Shown piece by piece: positions 37,884 to 48,447 of a DNA stretch of 64,000 nt. The notes beneath the pieces were generated by a model. It saw nothing but the letters and a program-made list of their open reading frames with translations. It was not told the DNA's origin and did no database searches. The DNA comes from an uncultured Bacilli bacterium. Its GTDB lineage: Bacteria; Bacillota_I; Bacilli_A; RF39; UBA660. Numbering within the stretch: the first letter of the stretch is position 1; each line of letters begins with the position of its first letter. The position numbers and the translations under genes are program-made. The stretch lies in contig CAKOIF010000001.1 of the NCBI GenBank assembly GCA_934086485.1, positions 55,438 through 119,437 on the forward strand, given 5' to 3'.

Positions 37884-39877
37884 AAAAAGTTTTAAACTCT
37901 TTCCTATTTTATTTAATAATGGGAATGATTTTAAGTATTTTTGTCATTTTAAAAGTATACGTAATAAAATATAAATCAGTTTATCAAGATAAAGAGTACA
38001 CACTAACAGGAAAAGTTTCTAAAGTAGTTTTAAGTGAGGGCAAAGTAAGTTTTGTTTTAAAATCATCAGAAAATATTCAGATGTTTTACTATGATGATTT
38101 TAATTTAAATGATGGTGATGAAGTAACTGTTAATGTAGTGCTTTCTTCGCCAAATAAAAATACTGTACCAAATACATTTAATTATCAAAAATATTTATAC
38201 AATAATGGTATTTATAAAGTTGGCACTGTAAATAAAATCGAAATAGTTAAGAAAAATATAAATATCTTAAATAATTTAAAAAGTTCTCTTTCTAAAAGAT
38301 TTTCATTTAATCCATATTTAAAACTGTTTATTCTCGGAGACAAAAAGGGTATTAATGAGAGTTATAATTACTATAAAGATATAGGAGTTGCTCATCTTCT
38401 TGCAATAAGCGGTATGCACGTTGGCGTATTTGTATCAATAATGCGTAAGTTATTATTTTTTCTTTCTAAAAAAAGTCAAAATAAAATTATTAGCATAGTT
38501 TTACTTTTTTATGCATTTTTAACGGGTTTTACAGCCTCAATCCTTAGAGTAGTAGTATTTTTTATAATTAATAGTATAAATAAAGATTATGATTTTAAAC
38601 TATCTAGAATGAAAGTTTTTCTTTTATCATTATATTTACTTATTTTAATTAATCCATTTTTTATAACTAATGTTGGTTTTCTATATTCATTTGCTTGCTT
38701 TTTTACAATGATTATCATAAATAAATATTTACATAAAAATTATTTTAAGAATTTATTTATTATTACTTTTTATATGACACTTTTTACACTTCCAATTACA
38801 GTGAGTTTAAATTATGAAATTAATTTAATGGTATTTGTTTCTAACTTCTTGCTTATTCCTTTTGTAAGTTATATTCTATTCCCATTTGCCCTTGTTACGG
38901 TGTTATTTAAGTTTTTAAATCCTGTATTTACATTTTTAACTTTTATAATGGAAAAAGTAGCGTATTTTTTTAGTATGATTAATTTTACTAAAATAATTAT
39001 TCCGAAAACAAGTATAGTTTTAATTATAATTTATTATGTATTATTAATTTCTTTTATATATTTTAATAAGAAAAGATATTTAGTTTTTTTAATAAACTTA
39101 ATTATTATTATAAAAATTATTCCTTTTTTTAATCCTTTTGCAAATATAATATTTTTAGATGTTTCTCAAGGTGATAGTATGCTTTATATAACTAAAAATC
39201 AAAGTAAAGTATATATGTTTGATACCGGAGGAATTAGAAACAGGAGTGTTAGTGACAATACTTTAATATATTTAAAAAGTTTAGGCATAAGCAAAATCGA
39301 TTATTTAATACTCACTCACGGAGATTTTGATCATTGTGGCGATGCCGAAAATGTAATAAATAAATTCAAAGTTAAAAATGTTATTTTTAATAATGATGGA
39401 TTCAAAACTATAGAAAAAAATATAATAAATATTTTAAATAAAAAAAGAATTTCATATTACCAAAGTAAAGATATAAGTTTACCTAATATTACATTTTTAA
39501 ATTCAAAGTTGTTTGATAATGAGAATGATAACTCTATTGTTACCTTAATTAATGAATCTGGTATAAAATTCCTTTTAATGGGTGATGCTGGAAAAAACGC
39601 CGAAAATGCTATTATGAATAAATATAATTTAAAAAATATTACTTTTTTAAAAGTGGGCCATCACGGTTCAAATACCAGTAGTAGTGAAACTTTTATTAAT
39701 TACATAAAACCTAAATACAGCATTATAAGTGTTGGTAAGAAAAATAGGTTTGGTCATCCTAAAAAAGAGGTTTTAGATACTTTGAAAAATACAAAAATAT
39801 ATAGAACAGATCATAATGGCAGCATAGAGGTTTTAATAAATAAAAACAAGTATAAAATTAATATATATAGTCCATAA
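37880..39877 (+). CDS. comEC: DNA internalization competence protein ComEC/Rec2
   Basis: Polytopic competence domain (AHLLAISGMHVG). C-terminal metallo-beta-lactamase domain (LTHGDFDHCGD, VGHHGS). Confidence 0.85.
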   Translation: MKKVLNSFLFYLIMGMILSIFVILKVYVIKYKSVYQDKEYTLTGKVSKVVLSEGKVSFVLKSSENIQMFYYDDFNLNDGDEVTVNVVLSSPNKNTVPNTFNYQKYLYNNGIYKVGTVNKIEIVKKNINILNNLKSSLSKRFSFNPYLKLFILGDKKGINESYNYYKDIGVAHLLAISGMHVGVFVSIMRKLLFFLSKKSQNKIISIVLLFYAFLTGFTASILRVVVFFIINSINKDYDFKLSRMKVFLLSLYLLILINPFFITNVGFLYSFACFFTMIIINKYLHKNYFKNLFIITFYMTLFTLPITVSLNYEINLMVFVSNFLLIPFVSYILFPFALVTVLFKFLNPVFTFLTFIMEKVAYFFSMINFTKIIIPKTSIVLIIIYYVLLISFIYFNKKRYLVFLINLIIIIKIIPFFNPFANIIFLDVSQGDSMLYITKNQSKVYMFDTGGIRNRSVSDNTLIYLKSLGISKIDYLILTHGDFDHCGDAENVINKFKVKNVIFNNDGFKTIEKNIINILNKKRISYYQSKDISLPNITFLNSKLFDNENDNSIVTLINESGIKFLLMGDAGKNAENAIMNKYNLKNITFLKVGHHGSNTSSSETFINYIKPKYSIISVGKKNRFGHPKKEVLDTLKNTKIYRTDHNGSIEVLINKNKYKINIYSP

Positions 39878-40135
39878 AAAAGTAAAAGCGAATTATTGCT
39901 TAAACTTTAATTGATGCTTTAGAAAGTTCTATAGAAGCAAATATAAGCTATGATATAACATATTTTTAATATATCATTTTCATAAATGGTAATTGTTATA
40001 TTTTAAATGTGCAAAGTAGTAAATGATGATTATATTAATATATAACTACTGAATTATTGATAAACAAAATAATTATAGCTTAATATTGTCATTAACCGAA
40101 GATTAATGTATAATATATCACATCAAGGAGGGTTT

Positions 40136-41155
40136 ATGGAGTATAATTTTGAAGGTTTAGAAAAGGAGCAAAAGTTTATAGTGGCTTCAAAAATATTGAG
40201 AGAAAATCTTAGAATTGATGAAGAATATTTTCATTCAAAGGAAGCAAAAGATGAACTTTATAGACAATATTTAGATTTAGTTAAGAAGTTATGCGTTTCC
40301 ACAAAAGGTGCATTTAATACAAAAAATGGAATGGTCATTCTTTCTATGCTGTTAAATGAGTATAATGCATCTAGAGAATATAGTGATTTAATAAATGCCT
40401 ACAATTTAATTTTAGAAAATTATCATAATTTAGCAAATGAATTAAACATTAATACTACTTTTGATTTATCAGTAATGTGTTCATATCTTTTATGGAATGG
40501 CTATTTTTCAAAAACAAAGTCTCATATATATGATGCAAAAAATAGAAAAGTAATTCTTGGCTTACCATTTGAGGTAATAAATGGTGGAGGAGTATGCTAT
40601 GAATATTCTATTTTATTAAAGGATTTTTTAGATAAATGTTCAAAAGAATCTGGTGTATTATTTTGCAAATTTCCTTTTAATGATAGTAAAATGAAACGTA
40701 ATTATAAACCAAATATTGAACGAAATTTTATAGATAATGAAAATAATAAATTATTAGAATATATTTTAAATATTATAACTAATTCAACTGGAAATCACGC
40801 TGTCACTCTAATCGATGAAAATGGCCAAAACTATATATATGACTTAACTAATTTAGCATTCTTTAATATCATTGATGCAAAATCCGCAGCTATAGTGGAT
40901 GGTAATGGCAAACTTAAGCTTAAACCAACAATCAGCACTATGATTTGTGGTTCAAAAGGAAACTTAATTGAAAATTTATATGGCCAAGAAAAATTTGTAA
41001 TCGAAGAAGAACAAGTTAAAGAGTGGTTTGAAAAAAATATTGACTTATTAAATGGCAATATACCTCTTTTAAATGATGCATATGATAATGCTCACTCATA
41101 TATGGAAACAATTAGTGCAGGGATGTCAAGAATTAAAACTAAAAAATCAAAATAA
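40136..41155 (+). CDS. hypothetical protein, possible transglutaminase/papain-like cysteine peptidase fold
   Basis: Start moved to ATG 40136 (AAGGAGGG RBS); ATG 40106 lies in a TGTATAAT -10 box. Candidate Cys-His-Asp triad: GGGVCYEYS, GNHAVTLI, YIYDLTN. Confidence 0.4.
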   Translation: MEYNFEGLEKEQKFIVASKILRENLRIDEEYFHSKEAKDELYRQYLDLVKKLCVSTKGAFNTKNGMVILSMLLNEYNASREYSDLINAYNLILENYHNLANELNINTTFDLSVMCSYLLWNGYFSKTKSHIYDAKNRKVILGLPFEVINGGGVCYEYSILLKDFLDKCSKESGVLFCKFPFNDSKMKRNYKPNIERNFIDNENNKLLEYILNIITNSTGNHAVTLIDENGQNYIYDLTNLAFFNIIDAKSAAIVDGNGKLKLKPTISTMICGSKGNLIENLYGQEKFVIEEEQVKEWFEKNIDLLNGNIPLLNDAYDNAHSYMETISAGMSRIKTKKSK

Positions 41156-41229
41156 TATTATAAATAACGAGGCATATTTTATTTGACATAAAACTATAAT
41201 GCAATATATAATATTCTTAAGGAGGGTAT

Positions 41230-41565
41230 ATGACTCAAAAAGAAATGGTTGAAACTATGTTCGAAAATTTGCATAATGCTGTAGGAACAAATGTTGAATG
41301 CAAAATGTGGTGGGATGAAAATCTTATGACTATAAATGGAACTTTAAGTGAAGTTACAGACTATGATAAAATTTGTGTAAAGGGAATTAACTTACCATTT
41401 ATAGGGTTAGGCAAAGCAATTTTCTATGTTAAAGGAGAAAATGGAATGCTTTATTTAAATCCAATGATGAAAGACAAATATGAAAATAAACCATATTATT
41501 TTGTAAATGAATATCGTCGTGTTTTTTTTGGCGAAGAAAAACAAATTGATGAACTTTCAAGATAA
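41230..41565 (+). CDS. hypothetical protein
   Basis: 111-aa ORF with AAGGAGGG RBS. Confidence 0.5.
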   Translation: MTQKEMVETMFENLHNAVGTNVECKMWWDENLMTINGTLSEVTDYDKICVKGINLPFIGLGKAIFYVKGENGMLYLNPMMKDKYENKPYYFVNEYRRVFFGEEKQIDELSR

Positions 41566-41629
41566 ATTACCTTAAAAAGGTAGTTTTTTTTATTAAGAGT
41601 GATATAATACTAATTACTTTGGGGGAATT

Positions 41630-43405
41630 ATGAATATAGATGAAATAAAACTAAACTATTATTTAAGTACAAATAAAAAACATTTATATAAACTAAAACA
41701 CGATTCACATTTTTTAAAACTACTTGGGAAAAATATAGATTTTATTAATGATACAATTTTAGATAATGTTTTAAATGATATTAATGCTGTTATTGATTTT
41801 CTTCTTTATGTTAAGACAGATGAAAATAAATATAATTTTTTGCTTATTCCTAAAATAAGACAAATTTACTTTAAAAATACATATCAAGATATTTTGTTTA
41901 GTGATAATTCTTATTATGATAAACTTTATTTAAAACTTTCTGATGAAGAAAAAGATAAATTTTATATGTATATTAAAATAAGTTATCTTCCTACATTTTT
42001 AAAAAATAATTTTAATATTATTGGTAAAGAAAAAGTATTTTATATTCTTATGAACTATCAATTTGATGATAAAGTTTATGAAATGTTTTTAAGTATGTTT
42101 GAGTGTAAAATTAAGATAAAAGGTTTACTTCTTAAAATAAAAGATTATAATGTTAAATGTAAATACTTTGATATTCTTCCTATTTATGAGCAAAAAAGAT
42201 GTATACCTTATTTACCAAATAGACTAGATTACATTAATAATAAAGAATTACTTCCATATATTATTGCTGCGGAAGGTAATGAAAAATTAATATTTAAATA
42301 TTATAATGATTTATCTTATAATGATAAATTAACTGTTTTAGAAAATATAAAATATGATAATGATTTGCAAATATATTTACTTAATCACTCTGGGTTTGAT
42401 AAAAAGGAGTATCTATCTGCTTTAAGAGTTATATTGGGCATTATTCACGATCCAAAAACTATCGCGGATTTATATGAAAAAATAGATATAAATGTTGTTA
42501 AAAAAGTGCAAGGTGATTGTATGCCTAACACAAGTGATAACTTTTATATGGACTATAATATTGATAAAAAAATTAAATTTGGTGTAGAATTAGAATGCTC
42601 TAATATGTATAATGATTTGCTTTTAAAGTTTAAAAAGTTTGGAGGGTGGAATATAGTTTCTGAGGAATCAGTAAAAAATGGTATTGAATTTACTTCACCA
42701 GTTTATCATTATGATAAAGAAAGTTTGCAAAATTTAAAAGATATGTGTGCATTTTTAAATAATAATGAGTTTAATTATAGCGATGATGCAGCGGGTCATA
42801 TTCATTTTGATGTTCATATATTTAATAATGTTAAAGAGTTAATGACATTTTACAAAATATTTTGTAATGTCGAGGACATCTTATATTTGATTTTTAATAG
42901 GCCAAATTCTTTTATTCGAAATAATATTAATACTTATGCTATTCCTTTATCTAATAGATTAAATAAAAATATTGTTAACTCTTTTCATCCAAAGTTTTCT
43001 TCGATAGAGCAGTTTACTTCCTTTGTTCATTATTCTCAATATGGTAGACACTCTAGTATTAATATTAATAACGTTTATGAAAATACTAAAAATACCATTG
43101 AAATAAGAATTCCAAATATAGAAATGAATTTTGAATATTTACACGAAAATATAATGCTTATTTGTTATTTAATTATGATTTCAAAAAAGATTGCTAATGA
43201 AGATAAATATAGTAAAAATAATATTTTGGTTAATTTATTAACTGTTGATATGACTATAGAAAAAAGAAAAGATATTTTATTAAAACTTTTATTTTCAGAT
43301 AATAATTATTTACATAATATTTTTGATTATCGTTTTAAGAGAAATATTGAGGTTAATAAAGACACAACATTTATCAAGGAAAATACTTCCCATCTAACTT
43401 TTTAA
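41630..43405 (+). CDS. amidoligase-domain protein, paralog A2
   Basis: Motifs FGVELECS, NGIEFTSP, AAGHIHFD and IEIRIPN. Helical N-terminal region shares the FSDNSYYDKLY block with A1. Confidence 0.6.
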   Translation: MNIDEIKLNYYLSTNKKHLYKLKHDSHFLKLLGKNIDFINDTILDNVLNDINAVIDFLLYVKTDENKYNFLLIPKIRQIYFKNTYQDILFSDNSYYDKLYLKLSDEEKDKFYMYIKISYLPTFLKNNFNIIGKEKVFYILMNYQFDDKVYEMFLSMFECKIKIKGLLLKIKDYNVKCKYFDILPIYEQKRCIPYLPNRLDYINNKELLPYIIAAEGNEKLIFKYYNDLSYNDKLTVLENIKYDNDLQIYLLNHSGFDKKEYLSALRVILGIIHDPKTIADLYEKIDINVVKKVQGDCMPNTSDNFYMDYNIDKKIKFGVELECSNMYNDLLLKFKKFGGWNIVSEESVKNGIEFTSPVYHYDKESLQNLKDMCAFLNNNEFNYSDDAAGHIHFDVHIFNNVKELMTFYKIFCNVEDILYLIFNRPNSFIRNNINTYAIPLSNRLNKNIVNSFHPKFSSIEQFTSFVHYSQYGRHSSININNVYENTKNTIEIRIPNIEMNFEYLHENIMLICYLIMISKKIANEDKYSKNNILVNLLTVDMTIEKRKDILLKLLFSDNNYLHNIFDYRFKRNIEVNKDTTFIKENTSHLTF

Positions 43406-43413
43406 GGTAATCT

Positions 43414-43746
43414 ATGTTTATAGACAATTTTTTAAATTCATTAAATACTAAAAGTGATAATGCTTTATTTTCTTTTTTGAATTCCCTTGCAACGAAATGT
43501 TATATTGATTATTATTTTAATATTTTATTTAAACTTAATTATGAAATAAATTTTAATGATGAATCTTTTTATGATAAACTTTTACAAAATGAAATTAGTT
43601 TTAAAACATATTTAATCATCCTTAAAGGAATAACAAATGAAAATATAAAATTAAAGTATACATTAGTTTTTATTGAAAAATTTTCCTTTAACGATGATTT
43701 TTTATACGATATTTATAAAACCTTTAATAATGATGCAAACTATTAA
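43414..43746 (+). CDS. small protein resembling the N-terminal helical region of the amidoligase paralogs
   Basis: NFNDESFYDKLLQNEIS resembles TFNDKNFYESLYNSVND (A1) and LFSDNSYYDKLYLKLSD (A2). May be a gene fragment. Confidence 0.4.
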   Translation: MFIDNFLNSLNTKSDNALFSFLNSLATKCYIDYYFNILFKLNYEINFNDESFYDKLLQNEISFKTYLIILKGITNENIKLKYTLVFIEKFSFNDDFLYDIYKTFNNDANY

Positions 43747-43993
43747 TATCGCATATTTTATGTAATGAATTTATAACTAATATTACTAGGAAATTTAAAA
43801 AAATTAAGTGTGAAAAATGTGGCTCAACACAATTTAATTATTCGTATAACTATAATATTAACCGACTCTGCACAAATTAGCTCTATAAAATATGGTTAAC
43901 TTCATAAAACTATTTATGGGGGTAAGGAGGAGGTCTGCCTATTAAACTAAAAAACTATAAAAATATATTAAATAATTATTAATCTAAATAATA

Positions 43994-44142
43994 TTTTTCA
44001 TTTACAGTATATAAATTTAGTACATGAATTTTATGGAAAAAGGGCTTGAAAATCACTCAAAAAAATGGTTAAATTAAAATAGATATAAGGTAAATACAAG
44101 GGTTCTCTTTCTCAAATGTTTAAGATAAGAGAAAAATGACCC
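43994..44142. promoter_or_regulatory. switch copy 4 with core in the opposite orientation (core about 44015-44107) and degenerate arms
   Basis: 44015-44107 matches the reverse complement of cores 1-3 (GGGCTTGAAAATCACTCAAAAAAATGGTTAAATT...). The downstream CCCAAGTATTTATAAGGGATTGGAG RBS block keeps the same orientation as in copies 1-3. Confidence 0.7.
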
Positions 44143-44171
44143 AAGTATTTATAAGGGATTGGAGTGATATT

Positions 44172-45575
44172 ATGAAAAATAAAAAGGTATATGTAATTTT
44201 AATAGTTCTTATTTTAATTGGAAGTATATTTTTAACTTATAATATTTATCAAAATAAAAATAAAGTAATTAAAACTAAAAAAAATAAACAAAATAATTTA
44301 GCAATAATGATTAAGGAAGATGGAGCAACTGATTATACAAAATCAAATTCAAAAGATATACCTAAAGGAAATTATGTATTAAATAGAGATAAAAGTTATT
44401 GCAAAAATAATGGTAAAATAGGTAATTATGATAGCTCTTTAGGTAAGGTTAGTTTTTTATTTATAGGTTCAGATAACTGCTATTTATATTTTGATTATAA
44501 AGATAATCCGCCAGAAATATTAAATGTTTCGGTAACTGGTAAAATATTAACTGCAGATTTAACGGATGATAATAATTTATCAGGATATGCAGTAAATACG
44601 AGTAATGTTACTCCATCCTCTTGGACTAGTATTTCCGGAAAAAACTATAAATTAAATATTACAATTTCTACTCCTGGTACTTATTATTTATGGGTAAAAG
44701 ATAATTCAAATAATATAACTAAATATGAAAATATTATTATAAATAAAACCGCTAGTGATATTATTGTTGCAAAATCCGAGACGAATTATTCAATTGTTTC
44801 AGAAAATGGGCTTAGATATGAGGGTGCTAGTCCTGATAATTACATATGTCTTGATAATAATACAAGTGGCAGTTGCTCAAATACTAATTTATTATTTAGA
44901 ATAATAGGCCTATTTGAGGAGGAATATTCTTTGGATGGGACAAATAGTGCCGGTAAAACTAATATGATTAAAGTTATTAAACCAACTCATTATGCAACTT
45001 CGTATTGGCATTCATCAAGAAATAATGATTGGTCAAATTCAGATATTAAAAAAGCATTAAATGAAACATACTTGACTGAACTTCTTTCATTAAATAGCAA
45101 TATTGAAAATAAAATTGTAAATGCAAAATGGTATTTAGGAGCTAAAGATACTAGTGACACTAACGACACAAATAATTCTGTTAACAATTATTATAGTGAT
45201 GAACGTTCTACTGAATATATATTATATAACCGAAGTGCATATGCTTTTGCAAAAGTTGGATTATTATATCCGAGTGATTGGGGATATGCTGCAATTTATA
45301 CTAAATGTAGTCGAAGCTGGTCAATGTTTGTAACTGGATACGGAAAATATTCAGGATGTGATTCAAATAATTGGCTTGGCTATAGTAGTAATGAATGGTT
45401 ATTAACACCTCAAGTTTCATATGAAGCAAGCGCTGCAGTTAAATCAACAAAAAGATACGTTGATAAATATGATGTAAATGGTTATAAATTCGCATATCGT
45501 CCAGTATTATATTTAGATGCAAGTTATGCAATGATTGGATCTGGCACTGAATCTGATCCATATCGTTTGGTGTAA
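44172..45575 (+). CDS. membrane-anchored surface protein, paralog P4 (different N-terminal module, related C-terminal domain)
   Basis: Start at ATG 44172 after the GGAG RBS. Has an N-terminal TM segment. The C-terminal region parallels P2/P3 (LLFRIIGL, VGLLYPSD, AYRPVLYLDAS..GSGTESDPYRLV). Confidence 0.75.
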   Translation: MKNKKVYVILIVLILIGSIFLTYNIYQNKNKVIKTKKNKQNNLAIMIKEDGATDYTKSNSKDIPKGNYVLNRDKSYCKNNGKIGNYDSSLGKVSFLFIGSDNCYLYFDYKDNPPEILNVSVTGKILTADLTDDNNLSGYAVNTSNVTPSSWTSISGKNYKLNITISTPGTYYLWVKDNSNNITKYENIIINKTASDIIVAKSETNYSIVSENGLRYEGASPDNYICLDNNTSGSCSNTNLLFRIIGLFEEEYSLDGTNSAGKTNMIKVIKPTHYATSYWHSSRNNDWSNSDIKKALNETYLTELLSLNSNIENKIVNAKWYLGAKDTSDTNDTNNSVNNYYSDERSTEYILYNRSAYAFAKVGLLYPSDWGYAAIYTKCSRSWSMFVTGYGKYSGCDSNNWLGYSSNEWLLTPQVSYEASAAVKSTKRYVDKYDVNGYKFAYRPVLYLDASYAMIGSGTESDPYRLV

Positions 45576-45632
45576 AATAAATTGACTATACCAAATAAAT
45601 ATAGTAAAATAATTATATTGATTGGGGGAAAT

Positions 45633-46871
45633 ATGAAAGAAAAATATTTAATAATAAATGCTGGAAGTTCTTCACTTAAATTTTCACTTTATGAGATGCC
45701 TGATAATATTGAAATAGTTAATGGAATAGTGGAAAAAATAGGTGAGAGTGATAGCTCATATACACTTAAATTTAATGGTCAAAAGATTAAAAAGTCTAAA
45801 GAAATATTAGATCATGAATGTGCTGCAAATGTAATGATGGAAGAATTATTACAAGATCATTTTATTAATGATATAAGTGAGATTGCTGGTGTAGGTCATA
45901 GAATACTTCATGGAGGAGAATTTTATGATAGTTCTGTACTTATTGATGAAGAAGTTTTTGAAAATATTAAATCACTAACTAAACTTGGACCACTTCATCA
46001 TCCAGGAGAACTTGCGGGTATTTCGAGTATAACTAAAATTATGCCTAGTGTACCTCAAGTTGCAGTATTTGATACATCTTTTCATCAAACAATGCCTAAA
46101 GAAAACTATTTATATGCTGTACCATATTCTTGGTATACTGAAAATGGTGTAAGAAAATATGGCTTTCATGGAACATCTCATAGATATATAACTGAAAGAC
46201 TTAAGGGTATTTATGGAGAAAATGTAAATGCAATTATTTGTCATATTGGATCTGGTGCAAGTATATCTTGTATAAAAGAAGGAAAATGCTATGATACCTC
46301 AATGGGACTTACTCCTTTAGATGGACTTGTTATGGGAACTAGATGTGGTTCAATAGATCCATCAATTATAGATTATATTAGCAAAGAAAGAGGACTTACT
46401 ATAGCTGAAATTAATGAAATATTAAATAAGAAAAGTGGTCTTTTAGGAATGTGTGGTAAAAATGACTTTAGAGATGTAACTGCACTTGCGGAAAGTGGAA
46501 ATGAAAACGCTATAAATGCCATTAAAATAATGGAAAATTCAATTGCTAAATATATTGCAAATTATTATGTAGAACTTAGTGGAAATGTTAATGCATTAGT
46601 ATTTACTGCTGGATGTGGTGAAAATGCAAGTAGTTTAAGAAAAGATATTATGGAAAAAATATCTTGTATAGGCGTTAAACTTGATGAAAACATGAATAAC
46701 AAAATCGCCGGATTTAAAGACATTCATGAAGGAATTATCTCACAAGTTGGTTCATCTTTTGATTGTTTAGTAATTCCAACTAATGAAGAATATATGATAT
46801 TAAATGATACTTATAATATAATTAAAGATAGAAAAAATGTTAGGGTGCTAGAAAAGAAAATTAATGCATAA
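45633..46871 (+). CDS. ackA: acetate kinase
   Basis: Begins MKEKYLIINAGSSSLKFSLY. Motifs GHRILHGG and GFHGTSH. Start moved to ATG 45633 after a GGGGGAA RBS. Confidence 0.95.
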   Translation: MKEKYLIINAGSSSLKFSLYEMPDNIEIVNGIVEKIGESDSSYTLKFNGQKIKKSKEILDHECAANVMMEELLQDHFINDISEIAGVGHRILHGGEFYDSSVLIDEEVFENIKSLTKLGPLHHPGELAGISSITKIMPSVPQVAVFDTSFHQTMPKENYLYAVPYSWYTENGVRKYGFHGTSHRYITERLKGIYGENVNAIICHIGSGASISCIKEGKCYDTSMGLTPLDGLVMGTRCGSIDPSIIDYISKERGLTIAEINEILNKKSGLLGMCGKNDFRDVTALAESGNENAINAIKIMENSIAKYIANYYVELSGNVNALVFTAGCGENASSLRKDIMEKISCIGVKLDENMNNKIAGFKDIHEGIISQVGSSFDCLVIPTNEEYMILNDTYNIIKDRKNVRVLEKKINA

Positions 46872-47535
46872 AATATATCTCGAAGCAAAAGATGCATTAG
46901 AGTATATTAAAGAGTCTATTGAAGAATCAAAAATTAAATCAATAGATATAAAAAATGCAAGGTATCATCATAATTCAGATTATCAAAATGCACCCTCAAT
47001 AGTAAAACATGGTTTATTACCAATTGGAGAGTTACATAGTTTAGGAGTTAAAAATTTCACTGATAAATTTTTGAAATTAAGTGATGATATAACAAGCCAT
47101 ATTAATGGTAATGATGGGATATCTTTGTCTGTTGTTGGCCTTAAAGACCTTTATAAAGATGAAGATGAGTATGATCCTTTTGTACCACATAATGTTGATT
47201 TTATTATTTCTAATAATGTTAGAGCATATCGAAATACAACTCATTATGGAAATGAATTTATATGTTCTGAACCTATAAATAATAATTTAATTAGGGCTAT
47301 AGATTTTAGAATTCTTATGCTTATAAATAATCTTCTTGATAATAAACTTACTGGTAATACTGAACAAGTAAAAATGATTCTTGAAAAATATAATGCACTT
47401 AAAAAAGTTTGTGAACAAATGAAAAAAGCAAATTTAGATGCTTATTTAAGAGAGATGTCTATTGAAAAAAGTACTTTAGATTATGAAAAAATGGCATCTA
47501 ATCCATATTTAAAATTAAAGAAACAAGAAAGATAA
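46864..47535 (+). CDS. hypothetical protein
   Basis: 223-aa ORF overlapping the ackA stop. Confidence 0.5.
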   Translation: MHKIYLEAKDALEYIKESIEESKIKSIDIKNARYHHNSDYQNAPSIVKHGLLPIGELHSLGVKNFTDKFLKLSDDITSHINGNDGISLSVVGLKDLYKDEDEYDPFVPHNVDFIISNNVRAYRNTTHYGNEFICSEPINNNLIRAIDFRILMLINNLLDNKLTGNTEQVKMILEKYNALKKVCEQMKKANLDAYLREMSIEKSTLDYEKMASNPYLKLKKQER

Positions 47536-47608
47536 TTTTCTGTTTTTTTTATAGACATTTTTTTAAAAATCTAGTATAATTTTCTATGTAAGAATAGGAA
47601 GGTGGATT

Positions 47609-48340
47609 ATGTTTGAAGGAAAAGTTGCTATAGTAACTGGTGGAGCAAGTGGAATTGGTTTTGCCACTGCTAAAAAACTTATTTTAAAAGGAGCTACAGT
47701 TGTTATATGTGATATAAATGATAATATTGAAGATATTGCATCATATTTAGGAAATAGATGTTATGGTATTAAATGCGATGTTTCTAAAGAAGATGATGTT
47801 AAATTAGTAGTGGAAACTACATTAAAAAATTATCATAAAATTGATTTTTTAGTGGCTAACGCAGGTATTGGTGGAAGTGCTAATAAACCACATGAACTTT
47901 CTTTTGAGGATTATAATAAAGTTATTAGTGTTAATCAAAATGGTATATTCTTATTTAATAAATATGTAATTAGCTCTATGCTAGAAAATGGTGGTGGTGC
48001 TATTGTTAATACATCCTCAATGTTTGGAGTAGTGGGAACAAATAGTGCATTTGCATATTCTGTTAGTAAAGGAGCAATAAATAATATGACAAGAAGTTTA
48101 GCTCTTACTTATGCCAAAGATAATATAAGAGTTAATGCAGTTGCACCTGGTTATGTTGATACACCAATTTTAAAAGATGTTCCAAAAGAATATAAAGATG
48201 TAATGGCATCAAGTATTCCAATGGGAAGACTTGGCAAAGATAGTGAAATAGCGGACCTTATATGTTATTTATTAAGTGATGAAGCATCATTTATAACTGG
48301 TGATATAGTAAGTATTGATGGTGGATTTACTGCTGCATAA
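47609..48340 (+). CDS. SDR-family oxidoreductase
   Basis: TGGASGIG cofactor motif and YSVSKGA catalytic motif. Confidence 0.85.
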   Translation: MFEGKVAIVTGGASGIGFATAKKLILKGATVVICDINDNIEDIASYLGNRCYGIKCDVSKEDDVKLVVETTLKNYHKIDFLVANAGIGGSANKPHELSFEDYNKVISVNQNGIFLFNKYVISSMLENGGGAIVNTSSMFGVVGTNSAFAYSVSKGAINNMTRSLALTYAKDNIRVNAVAPGYVDTPILKDVPKEYKDVMASSIPMGRLGKDSEIADLICYLLSDEASFITGDIVSIDGGFTAA

Positions 48341-48447
48341 AAAATTTGCTATTTACAAATTGTAATTAATTTGATACTATTAGTTTGGACGCGAGAGTAT
48401 GAATAGGAGTTAGATTTAACTTCTATTTTTTAGTGCAAGGAGGAATT

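Noticed and set aside
43921-43950. GC-rich GGGGGTAAGGAGGAGGTCTGCC block upstream of switch copy 4, as a possible strong RBS for a hidden gene.
   Set aside because: The only ORF nearby is a 9-codon ORF (ATG GGG GTA AGG AGG AGG TCT GCC TAT TAA) that starts upstream of the block and runs through it; no start codon follows the block. The block is not conserved in the other switch loci.
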